A DNA stretch of 55,360 nucleotides from positions 1 to 55,360 of the forward strand of contig DATESZ010000264.1 of NCBI GenBank assembly GCA_035283845.1, in the 5' to 3' direction. The position numbers and the translations under genes were made by a program. The notes beneath the pieces are model-generated. The model saw only the letters and a list, made by a program, of their open reading frames with translations. It had not been told where the DNA came from and ran no database searches. The stretch comes from Syntrophales bacterium (lineage in GTDB: Bacteria > Desulfobacterota > Syntrophia > Syntrophales > JACQWR01). Within the stretch, counting starts at the first letter, position 1, and every line of letters starts with the position of its first letter. Positions 1-7,060 of the stretch are shown here, one piece after another.

Positions 1-141
1 CTATCCGCATACTTCCTCCTCTCCATTCAAAAATTATGCCACGTGCTAGGCAGAATTATCATATCTCAATATCACTAATTATGCCTATTGCGCTGTTGAA
101 CTCCACAAAAGACATGGTTCCTGCTTCATCCGCCGGCATTA
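1..141. repeat. Terminal direct repeat copy 1 (= 55220..55360); assembly overlap of a circular or circularly permuted genome
   Basis: nt 1-141 (ctatccgcatacttcc...catccgccggcatta) recur verbatim as the last 141 nt of the window. Confidence 0.95.
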
Positions 142-300
142 AAACACCACACGTCCGCAGGCTCTTTCCGAGGTTCCCCCGGTGGCTGAAATCAAGTTCT
201 GTTTCTGTAATCCGAATTTAAGGATATTCTGCGCTGCAAGATGGTCTCTGTCATGGGCTGCCCCGCACGTCTCACATGTCCACACGCGGTCAGATAGCGT
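95..300 (-). ncRNA. Candidate TnpB guide RNA (omega/reRNA) scaffold overlapping the tnpB 3' end
   Basis: Inference only. In characterised TnpB elements the RNA overlaps the 3' end of tnpB and stops at the element right end. Here the minus-strand sequence ...GTGGAGTTCAAC ends at nt 95. The 5' limit cannot be set by eye. Confidence 0.3.
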
Positions 301-1302
301 CAGCCGAGCATTCACCTTGCCACAGGTACACATACGGCTTGAAGGCTCAAAACGGCCTATCTCCAGATAGTTCTTGCCACTGTCTGCAAGTTTATACTGG
401 AGCATCCGGTAGAAATCTCCAAGCCCTAAATCAGAAATGCTCTGAGCAAGGCAGTGATTCTTCACCATGCCCTTGATGAAAAGGTCTTCACACACAACCG
501 TATCGAAGCGGTTGACTATCCCGCTTGTCGTCTTGTGTAAGAAATCCTTTCTCTGGTTTGCCACATGTTCATGATACCGCGCAAGTTTCAATACGGCTTT
601 GCGTCTATTGCCACTTCCTTTCACCTTCCGGCTTGCCCTACGCTGTAAAACCTTCAGCCTTCCGAGTGCCTGCTTCAGGTGCTTCGGATTTTCTATCTCC
701 GTTCCATCTGAAAGAACGGCAAACGTCTTGATGCCTGTGTCAATCCCGACCGCCGTTGCCTTGCGGATCGCCTTCTGCTTTGCCTTCTTGTCTTCTGCCT
801 CAACGGCAATACTCACGAAGAACTTGCCTGTTGCCGTCTTCTTAATCACTGCTGTCTTTATTGTTCCCTCGAATGTCCGGCTTATTCGTGTCGGTATCCA
901 TCCGAGCTTAGGAGCAAAGACCCTATTTTCATCAAACTTGACCTTTACATTTTGCGGAAAACCTACAGTATGCCGTTTGTCATGCTTGCGCTTGAACTTT
1001 GGGAATCCGTGCTTTTCCCTAAAGAAACGAGTGAAGGCTTTTTCCATATTCACAATAGACTGTTGGAGGCTCTGAGCAACAGACAGATTCAGCCATTCAT
1101 ATTCAGGTTTCTTCTTTATCTGCGTTAATTCTGCCATCAACGTGAAGGCACTCATGGTTTTTTTATCCTTCTGGTACGCCTCAATCCTTCGGGCAAGAGA
1201 CCAGTTATACACCCATCGGGCATTACCGAGCATCTGTTCAAGCTGCCCTGCCTGATGCTGGTTCGGATAGATTCTGTATTCGTAACCACGTATTTTTACC
1301 AT
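139..1302 (-). CDS. tnpB: TnpB RNA-guided endonuclease (IS605 OrfB family), 387 aa
   Basis: ORF track. RuvC triad motifs VGIDTG, VCEDL and DRDHLAAQNI, with a CxxC...CxxC zinc finger (CTCGK..CETCG) between the last two. Confidence 0.93.
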   Translation of the reverse strand: MVKIRGYEYRIYPNQHQAGQLEQMLGNARWVYNWSLARRIEAYQKDKKTMSAFTLMAELTQIKKKPEYEWLNLSVAQSLQQSIVNMEKAFTRFFREKHGFPKFKRKHDKRHTVGFPQNVKVKFDENRVFAPKLGWIPTRISRTFEGTIKTAVIKKTATGKFFVSIAVEAEDKKAKQKAIRKATAVGIDTGIKTFAVLSDGTEIENPKHLKQALGRLKVLQRRASRKVKGSGNRRKAVLKLARYHEHVANQRKDFLHKTTSGIVNRFDTVVCEDLFIKGMVKNHCLAQSISDLGLGDFYRMLQYKLADSGKNYLEIGRFEPSSRMCTCGKVNARLTLSDRVWTCETCGAAHDRDHLAAQNILKFGLQKQNLISATGGTSERACGRVVF

Positions 1303-1310
1303 GTTTAGAA

Positions 1311-1338
1311 TTTATCATAGTTCTCCAGAGAATGTCAA
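1311..1338 (-). promoter_or_regulatory. Possible sigma70-like promoter in front of tnpB
   Basis: Minus strand TTGACA (1338..1333), 16 nt, GATAAA (1316..1311). The -10 is weak and would give a nearly leaderless tnpB mRNA. Confidence 0.25.
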
Positions 1339-1366
1339 GTCTTTTTAGAAAATAAATAAATATGGG

Positions 1367-1425
1367 GTTCAACAAAGGTTTCGAGCGGACGGGGTGAAGC
1401 TCCGCCGCTCAAACCGGCGTTATCC
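1367..1425 (+). repeat. attC-like folded repeat a (59 nt)
   Basis: GTTCAAC-AAA-GGTTT[C]GAGCGG[A]CGG-ggtgaagct-CCGCCGCTCAAACC-GGC-GTTATCC. The TTA of the right core is the stop of 1420..1599. Confidence 0.75.
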
Positions 1426-1599
1426 TAATATCAACTGCCGATGTTTCCACGCATCGTCGGCAAGCCCTTCGGCGTCCTCTACTGGTAATTTCCGCAACCT
1501 GTCATGTTGTCCGGTCTGACACGCGTCATCATAAATATTCGCCGCATAGGTAGCTAAAAATGTTACCGTAAAGTGTTCTTTAAATTCTTTTTCGTCCAT
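1420..1599 (-). CDS. Hypothetical cassette protein, 59 aa
   Basis: Internal ATG of ORF 1420..1776 preceded by GGGGGGAAG. The longer ORF-track start would read through repeat b. Confidence 0.6.
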   Translation of the reverse strand: MDEKEFKEHFTVTFLATYAANIYDDACQTGQHDRLRKLPVEDAEGLADDAWKHRQLILG

Positions 1600-1618
1600 A
1601 ATCTTCCCCCCATTAAAA

Positions 1619-1705
1619 GGATAACAATTAAATGAAGCGGAGCGGAAAGTCGCTCGTCGCGCCTCATTCTTGGGCTTTGGCCGCCCGCTTATTCCTGCGT
1701 TGTGT
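1619..1705 (+). repeat. attC-like folded repeat b (87 nt)
   Basis: GGATAAC-AATTA-AAT[G]AAGCGG[A]GCGG...CCGCCCGCTTATT-CCTGC-GTTGTGT. About 88% identical to repeat e. Confidence 0.75.
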
Positions 1706-1783
1706 AAAATAAAACCATAAACTGAAAGATGCCCACAAAGTGAAACAAAAAATCCCAGCACCAAGAAAGGCACCATAAAAAAG

Positions 1784-2227
1784 ATGACGGATACGATTGT
1801 TGGAGCACTTATCGGGGTCGGCAGTGCTATTCTCGGCGCGATTGTTGGAGCTTGGATCGGTTATCGACTCTCCATTTCTTTGGTTCATGTCACTACTCGA
1901 CACAATGCTGCGTCCAATTTGAGGAAAGCTTTCTATGACGAACTTGCCATCTTGAATATGAGCAGCCTTAAAGATATTGATGCCTGTTCTATGCTTGAGG
2001 GTGCTTTCAAGAAACATATGATCGCTTTTTGGGAACTCAAATCCACCTTGCCGAAAAGCAAATGCGTTGCTTTCACCCAGGCATGGGAAGAGTATTATTG
2101 TTATCCAGGAACAGGGGACCATCATCTTGAACAATACGACACACTTACTGGAGGCTCGGAACAGCGTAAGGGGAAAAGAACGCTTGCAATTAAACGGATT
2201 GAACATATTCTCTCCTTTACTGAATAA
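1784..2227 (+). CDS. Hypothetical membrane-anchored protein, 147 aa; the only plus-strand gene in the array
   Basis: ORF track. N-terminal hydrophobic helix (IVGALIGVGSAILGAIVGAWIG). More protein-like than the antisense ORF 1664..2245. No clear SD. Confidence 0.5.
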   Translation: MTDTIVGALIGVGSAILGAIVGAWIGYRLSISLVHVTTRHNAASNLRKAFYDELAILNMSSLKDIDACSMLEGAFKKHMIAFWELKSTLPKSKCVAFTQAWEEYYCYPGTGDHHLEQYDTLTGGSEQRKGKRTLAIKRIEHILSFTE

Positions 2228-2239
2228 ATGAAAAAGACC

Positions 2240-2298
2240 ACACAACCAAGCACTACAGCGGACAGGCTGATCGCCTGCCGCTGACCTTTGCGTTATGT
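2240..2298 (+). repeat. attC-like folded repeat c (59 nt)
   Basis: ACACAAC-CAAGC-ACT[A]CAGCGG[A]CAGGC-tgatc-GCCTGCCGCTGACC-TTTGC-GTTATGT. The right core holds the stop of 2293..2496. Confidence 0.8.
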
Positions 2299-2496
2299 TT
2301 CAAAATCCTTCAAAGTCATATGTCCCTGGCATACAAAAACAATGACAGAGAAGAAACAACATTCCCAATACGTGGGTTGGAGTATGGCAAAACGAGCGGG
2401 TACGTTCCATAAATAGTAATAACCAAACCACAATAATCCGCCCGTGGCTGCCCACCAGAAAATACAGTACAAAGCAAATGCAAAATATTTTAACAT
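2293..2496 (-). CDS. Hypothetical small membrane protein, 67 aa
   Basis: ORF track. Two hydrophobic segments rich in W/Y/F. The start codon is the CAT of the left core of repeat d. Confidence 0.5.
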   Translation of the reverse strand: MLKYFAFALYCIFWWAATGGLLWFGYYYLWNVPARFAILQPTYWECCFFSVIVFVCQGHMTLKDFET

Positions 2497-2580
2497 AACA
2501 AGCTCACTGAACCCGACCGGAATTACGTCCGGTGCGTTTCAGCCAAATCCGTGGCCAGCGGGTTATCTCTGGCGTTATCT
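2493..2580 (+). repeat. attC-like folded repeat d (88 nt)
   Basis: ACATAAC...AACCCG-ACCGGaattacgtCCGGT...CGGGTT-ATCTCTGGC-GTTATCT. The central ~60 nt are identical to repeat g. Confidence 0.7.
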
Positions 2581-2581
2581 A

Positions 2582-2788
2582 TCACTCAAGTACCCGATAG
2601 TTTTTAAGTGGAATCCATCGGCCCTTGTCCTCGATCATACACCCACCGAAAAAAGTCCATTCATGTTGTTTCCCTATACGGCTTGCCTGGCCATCGCATT
2701 CCATTTTTCCCGCGATAGGGATTAGTGCAAGAATTGCAAGAATTGCGACCGCTATGACCACTTCGATAATTGTAAATCCTTTCATCAT
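2582..2788 (-). CDS. Prepilin-type N-terminal domain protein (pilin/pseudopilin-like), 68 aa
   Basis: MMKGFTIIEVVIAVAILAILA matches the G-F-T-L-I-E prepilin cleavage/methylation motif plus a hydrophobic helix. AAGGAG SD lies before the ATG at 2788. Confidence 0.7.
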   Translation of the reverse strand: MMKGFTIIEVVIAVAILAILALIPIAGKMECDGQASRIGKQHEWTFFGGCMIEDKGRWIPLKNYRVLE

Positions 2789-2809
2789 CCGTCTCCTTTT
2801 AAATTTAAA

Positions 2810-3283
<474 letters not shown>

Positions 3284-3302
3284 CTAACTCCTTAAAATAA
3301 AA

Positions 3303-3362
3303 GCATAACAATTAGTTGCAGCGGACAGGCTAATCGCCGCGCCGCTGACCTTTGCGTTAGCT
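3303..3362 (+). repeat. attC-like folded repeat f (60 nt)
   Basis: GCATAAC-AATTA-GTT[G]CAGCGG[A]CAGGC...CCGCTGACC-TTTGC-GTTAGCT. The right core holds the stop of 3357..3545. Confidence 0.8.
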
Positions 3363-3545
3363 TCCGTAGCATCTTTTCCTTGGCCCTTTGCATCCCATAC
3401 ACGGGTTCTCTCCCTTATTTACAAGTCCCATCACAATCATTCCACCCAATAAACACGTTTTGGGAACGTACCCTTGTCCGATTGCCATTTGCAGATTAAT
3501 ATCGTCGCTGTCTGCTTCTATTTGACTAAAATAATGTGGTTTCAT
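3357..3545 (-). CDS. Hypothetical cassette protein, 62 aa
   Basis: Internal ATG of ORF 3357..3575 preceded by AGGAGAG. Confidence 0.55.
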   Translation of the reverse strand: MKPHYFSQIEADSDDINLQMAIGQGYVPKTCLLGGMIVMGLVNKGENPCMGCKGPRKRCYGS

Positions 3546-3566
3546 TCGATCTCTCCTTTCAAAAAT

Positions 3567-3649
3567 AAAGAACAATTCAACCCCGACCGGAATTACGTCC
3601 GGTGCGTTTCAGCCAAATCCGTGGCCAGCGGGTTATCTCTGCGTTATAT
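3567..3649 (+). repeat. attC-like folded repeat g (83 nt)
   Basis: AAAGAAC-AATTC-AAC[C]CCG-ACCGGaattacgtCCGGT...CGGGTT-ATCTCTGC-GTTATAT. Confidence 0.75.
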
Positions 3650-3654
3650 CCCGA

Positions 3655-3873
3655 TCATTTAAAGTACCGCAAGAAGCAATCGTAGCAGCATTCCTTGTCT
3701 TCATAAATACCATCAAGGCCAAGAATTACATGTTTACCGCACTTGAAGCACTTCCCCGTTAGTGGCAACGGTTCCGTCCCGACATTTGAGAACATTGCAT
3801 TAAAGTGGTCGGATATTCTTAACCTTTCTGCCTTTCCTACTTCCGACTCTTCCCATTGTCCTTGTGTTGGCAT
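3655..3873 (-). CDS. Hypothetical zinc-ribbon protein, 72 aa
   Basis: ORF track. CFKCGKH...CCYDCF cysteine pairs. AGGAGG SD. Confidence 0.6.
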   Translation of the reverse strand: MPTQGQWEESEVGKAERLRISDHFNAMFSNVGTEPLPLTGKCFKCGKHVILGLDGIYEDKECCYDCFLRYFK

Positions 3874-3896
3874 ATTGAATTCCTCCTAAAATACTG

Positions 3897-3982
3897 ATTT
3901 AACCAGTCACTACAGCGAACGGGGATCACACGCTGCGGCTTCCATCATGCCCGTGGCCCCGCCGCTGACCTTAGCGTTAGCA
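3897..3982 (+). repeat. attC-like folded repeat h (86 nt)
   Basis: ATTTAAC-CAGTC-ACT[A]CAGCGa[A]CGGGG...CCCCGCCGCTGACC-TTAGC-GTTAGCA. The left core fits RYYYAAC exactly. The right core holds the stop of 3977..4219. Confidence 0.8.
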
Positions 3983-4219
3983 TTTAGGACATGAAACTCG
4001 TTTGTTGTACGTTTGCCAGCCCATAAATGTCTTGATGCTTTGCCAAGGGTGATGTTCTAATTTCTTAATAAGTTCCACATTACATCTTTGGCATTTAGTA
4101 TGAAAATTAAGGCCATCATAAAAACATTCACCAACAATATGACCAAGGGAAAAACATAAAAGAATGCTAACAATTTTATCCAGCGGACGGGTAATTTCGT
4201 CCTGTGGTTTTTCATTCAT
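3977..4219 (-). CDS. Hypothetical Cys-rich protein, 80 aa, with a repeat-encoded N-terminal leader
   Basis: ORF track. The only start codon and SD (GGAGG) lie inside repeat i. The first 17 codons (MNEKPQDEITRPLDKIV) are shared with 10081..10608. Confidence 0.5.
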   Translation of the reverse strand: MNEKPQDEITRPLDKIVSILLCFSLGHIVGECFYDGLNFHTKCQRCNVELIKKLEHHPWQSIKTFMGWQTYNKRVSCPKC

Positions 4220-4254
4220 GTTCTACCTCCCCGCCGATGATAACGGCGTTATAT
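4165..4254 (+). repeat. attC-like folded repeat i (90 nt)
   Basis: TGCTAAC-AATTT-TAT[C]CAGCGG[A]CGGG...CCCGCCGATGATA-ACGGC-GTTATAT. nt 4168..4224 are identical to 10557..10613 in repeat o. Confidence 0.75.
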
Positions 4255-4497
4255 TCTGATACACCTTACTGCCGTCTCCTGCCCCAACGGGAACTCAAAG
4301 CACGATGACCACTTAGTGCAGCATCTCCTCGTATGCGGAACTGAATGTAGACATGTGTATCCCGCCATTTTGAAACATTTGTCAGCGTTGATACACCTTA
4401 CATCGGGCTTTAGTTTAAACCTCCTCCCTTTTTTTATTACAACGGCTTCCCCGATTTCTCCTTTTTCACCCGCAACATAATTCCTGATATTCCCCAT
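4249..4497 (-). CDS. Hypothetical cassette protein, 82 aa
   Basis: Internal ATG of ORF 4249..4557 preceded by GGAGGGG. The stop lies in the right core of repeat i. Confidence 0.5.
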   Translation of the reverse strand: MGNIRNYVAGEKGEIGEAVVIKKGRRFKLKPDVRCINADKCFKMAGYTCLHSVPHTRRCCTKWSSCFEFPLGQETAVRCIRI

Positions 4498-4513
4498 AAC
4501 CCCTCCAAAAACC

Positions 4514-4599
4514 AGATGACAATTAAATGAAGGCGACGGGAAGTTACTCCGTCGCATTCAGACACGCTCACCGTCCCGCGCCTTATTACTGCGTTAGCA
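4514..4599 (+). repeat. attC-like folded repeat j (86 nt)
   Basis: AGATGAC-AATTA-AAT[G]AAGGCG[A]CGGGA...TCCCGCGCCTTATT-ACTGC-GTTAGCA. Same plan as b and e, with compensatory changes. Confidence 0.75.
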
Positions 4600-4953
4600 T
4601 CACCACTTGATTAATAAACCCCAAAATTCCGACTCGTGCGTCTTTTCAAACCACACTCCCATATTTGCAAAACAAGAAAACCCATCTGCGTGGGCCAGCG
4701 TTTCTTGTTCTTCTGCCGTGAGCCATCTTCCTGCCAGGCATACGCCTCTCCAGTTAAGCGTGATCTCCTGCACTGATTTACAAACGCACTCTCCGATTTT
4801 ACGACACGCCTTCGTTCTGAGGCCGGTATAGAGGTAGAGTTTATCCCCCGGTTTTGGGTTCCTCCCGTCCCGCCGTTTCGCCCGGATCGTTTGTGTTTTT
4901 AACCCGGCTTCAACCAATGGCGCAAATTGCTTTTTAAATCCTAATAATGGCAT
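4600..4953 (-). CDS. ASCH-domain-like protein, 117 aa
   Basis: ORF track. N-terminal GFKKQFAPLVEAGLKTQTIR...PGDKLYLY resembles the ASCH beta-barrel signature (from memory). G-rich SD. Confidence 0.55.
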   Translation of the reverse strand: MPLLGFKKQFAPLVEAGLKTQTIRAKRRDGRNPKPGDKLYLYTGLRTKACRKIGECVCKSVQEITLNWRGVCLAGRWLTAEEQETLAHADGFSCFANMGVWFEKTHESEFWGLLIKW

Positions 4954-4983
4954 CTCTCCCCCCTATGCAAAAGATAATAAAAA

Positions 4984-5046
4984 TGCTAACAAATCGCTCC
5001 AGCGGAGTGCCAAAGGACCGGCACCCGCTGACCTTTGGCGTTATGA
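4984..5046 (+). repeat. attC-like folded repeat k (63 nt)
   Basis: TGCTAAC-AAATC-GCT[C]CAGCGG[A]GTGCC-aaaggacc-GGCACCCGCTGACC-TTTGGC-GTTATGA. The right core holds the stop of 5041..5208. Confidence 0.8.
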
Positions 5047-5208
5047 TTCATCATCTAATGGACAATCCCCCGGCATACAACAGGCATGCTGCCTCTGTAT
5101 ATCCCCTCTCACCAAGAGCAAGCTGCATTCCCCATCAAGATTCTGCCGGGAGGGAAGAAAACAAGGGCACATGCCGCAACTTGTTATTTTATCAGGCAAC
5201 TTTTTCAT
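5041..5208 (-). CDS. Hypothetical Cys-rich miniprotein, 55 aa (below ORF-track cutoff)
   Basis: Hand translation: MKKLPDKITSCGMCPCFLPSRQNLDGECSLLLVRGDIQRQHACCMPGDCPLDDES. GGAGGAG SD 3 nt before the ATG at 5208. Confidence 0.45.
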   Translation of the reverse strand: MKKLPDKITSCGMCPCFLPSRQNLDGECSLLLVRGDIQRQHACCMPGDCPLDDES

Positions 5209-5227
5209 AACTCCTCCATAAATAAAG

Positions 5228-5287
5228 ACATAACAATGAAATCAAGGCGACGGATTTTACTCCGCCTGCTCTTTCGCTGATTCCTGA
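5228..5287 (+). repeat. Degenerate attC-like repeat l (left half only)
   Basis: ACATAAC-AATGA-AATCAAGGCGACGGA...CGCTGATT. No GTTA right core before the exonuclease gene. Confidence 0.4.
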
Positions 5288-5309
5288 TACAGGTGGCTAT
5301 AAAACGCTC

Positions 5310-5939
5310 TCAGGAAGTCATCATTTTTTCGTAAATTGCCATTGTCGTTTTGATGTCTCTCAAACAGTGGTTATCTATCGCCTCGTAGTCCCCCATTAAC
5401 CAGAGTTGGTAAATCTCCGATCCATTGCCGCCGCCGTGCTGAACGCCCAAGAAATCAGCACACGAGGCCAAAGAAACATAGTCTTTAAAATCTGCCGCCC
5501 AGACCTTCATCAAGTCCGTCGTTAGATGCGGGTTGCCCCTCGGTATGGCGTTCCTTATTCCCGTGAGGCCATATTTTATGGCTTTTCTCCATATCCACGG
5601 CATGTCAAACGTGATGATATTCCATCCCACCAAGTGCAGCGGTTCATGCCATGCGCCTGCTATTTTATCAAAAGCCCCGGCTAAAAGCTCCATCGTTTCC
5701 CGTTCGTTTGCCCCTCGGATGATTTGGGCTTCCCCGCCTTCAAGGCAGAGGCCAACACAGAAGATTTCCCCCTTCATGCTGTTAAGGCTCTGCTTTTGGT
5801 ATTCATTCTCGACATTGGCTTCTTGATATGCCCTGATGGTTTCCGGCTTGGACATTGTGCCGGGAGCTTTTATATCTTCAGGGAGTGGCCTGGTCGGGCC
5901 GGGGGTAGATTCTATGTCCAGGAATAATTTTGGTATCAT
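5310..5939 (-). CDS. DnaQ-like 3'-5' exonuclease (PolB-exonuclease-related family), 209 aa
   Basis: ORF track. LFLDIESTP Exo I motif. Start overlaps the ERF stop (ATGA). Confidence 0.7.
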   Translation of the reverse strand: MIPKLFLDIESTPGPTRPLPEDIKAPGTMSKPETIRAYQEANVENEYQKQSLNSMKGEIFCVGLCLEGGEAQIIRGANERETMELLAGAFDKIAGAWHEPLHLVGWNIITFDMPWIWRKAIKYGLTGIRNAIPRGNPHLTTDLMKVWAADFKDYVSLASCADFLGVQHGGGNGSEIYQLWLMGDYEAIDNHCLRDIKTTMAIYEKMMTS

Positions 5940-6676
5940 GGTTGACCTCCGATATTATCCGGGACATCCTGCGGTTCTACGATGGTGATCGACACAAGAT
6001 TGTTTCCGTATTGACCTTTGACAAACGCGACCTTGACGGGAACGATATTTGCCGCCGCGCCGGATGCAATGAGGCTTAGGTCTTTCTTGAAAGTCTGATA
6101 AATATTCCCGTCTTCGTCTGTTATCCCGTACTTGACATACGGTTTACCCTTGTTCGCTCCGGCGGTTGACACCCCCGGCTTTTCCTCTACTGACTTGATG
6201 TAAACGGTTTTGGTTTCCTCGTTTCCGGCAAGGGCTGTTTTTTCGGCAGGCGGCTTTGTCGTTTTATTGTCGCCCACTCCTGCGCTCGCCGCGTTTCCGT
6301 CATCATCCTCCGGTGCTATTCCCACAATGGATTGTAGAGAATAACGCCGCAGGTAGGTTATGCAGCTTCCGATGGCCTGCGGGTCGCTTTTAACCGGCCT
6401 TGCCACAAGCCGCCCTCGCATCCACTCGCCGGAAGAATGGCAAAGCGTAGTATCTATGCAGACCATCTCCGGGTGTTCTGGTAGGAAATCTGCCGTTTGC
6501 ACAACGCTTAGTCCGTTGTTGGCAAGCGGCTTCCGGCACGCATCCCATACAGACGCAAGGTCGGCGTAGGAGCTTTTAAAGAAGGGGTTTTGGCTATCCT
6601 TTACGGCCCCCTCCATTATCCCCTGTGCTTTCGCCAGGGCGTCTGCTAATTTCCCTATTGTCTCTGATTGGCTCAT
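5936..6676 (-). CDS. ERF-family single-strand annealing recombinase, 246 aa
   Basis: Internal ATG with AAGGAG SD. IGKLADALAKAQ...NPFFKSSYADLASVWDACR is the remembered ERF N-terminal signature. Confidence 0.8.
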   Translation of the reverse strand: MSQSETIGKLADALAKAQGIMEGAVKDSQNPFFKSSYADLASVWDACRKPLANNGLSVVQTADFLPEHPEMVCIDTTLCHSSGEWMRGRLVARPVKSDPQAIGSCITYLRRYSLQSIVGIAPEDDDGNAASAGVGDNKTTKPPAEKTALAGNEETKTVYIKSVEEKPGVSTAGANKGKPYVKYGITDEDGNIYQTFKKDLSLIASGAAANIVPVKVAFVKGQYGNNLVSITIVEPQDVPDNIGGQP

Positions 6677-6713
6677 CGAAAAAACTCCTTGCTGATTTTG
6701 TAGGCACCTTCTT

Positions 6714-7040
6714 TCATAATTTATTCCCCGCAAAGGCATTTAGTATTGATCTCATCGGTTCTGTCACATGGGCGTTTAATTTTCCCGGCTCCTCTCCCGC
6801 TTCCCACGGCTCGGAAGTGAGGCACATGAAGTTTACCCCGGCCGCTAAGATTTCGTACCGCGTGGGCCACGCCTCATCGTGGAAGGTTTTTCTGCAATCT
6901 CCCCGAGAAAACAGGCGGAACAATGCCTCGCTATCTAGGTGGATACTGAAGCTGCTCACCCCAATACACCCCTCGGCGTGCAGCTCCGCATATTTTTTCG
7001 TTAACTCCAATGCCTTCGATATAAACTCTTGTTTTCCCAT
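6714..7040 (-). CDS. Hypothetical protein, 108 aa
   Basis: ORF track. Contains the 34-nt segment (6789..6822, LTSEPWEAGEE) duplicated at 9757..9790. Confidence 0.6.
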   Translation of the reverse strand: MGKQEFISKALELTKKYAELHAEGCIGVSSFSIHLDSEALFRLFSRGDCRKTFHDEAWPTRYEILAAGVNFMCLTSEPWEAGEEPGKLNAHVTEPMRSILNAFAGNKL

Positions 7041-7060
7041 TTTCCGCCTCCCTCGTTAAA

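Larger units (their letters stand above)
95..1366 (-). mobile_element. tnpB-only IS200/IS605-type element (boundaries inferred)
   Basis: tnpB with no tnpA. The unit is flanked by GTTGAAC (95..101) and its complement GTTCAAC (1367..1373). Boundaries are set by analogy, not proven. Confidence 0.4.

Noticed and set aside
1-141. Terminal repeat as a biological direct terminal repeat
   Set aside because: It cuts through the tnpB 3' region with no packaging-site features, and its length equals a typical assembler k-mer. It is treated as a circularisation overlap, though read data could overturn this.
1664-2245. 193-aa minus-strand ORF opposite 1784..2227
   Set aside because: It has Cys/Ser/Phe-rich, low-plausibility composition and reads through repeats b and c. 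The + strand ORF has a clean TM helix and a normal composition.
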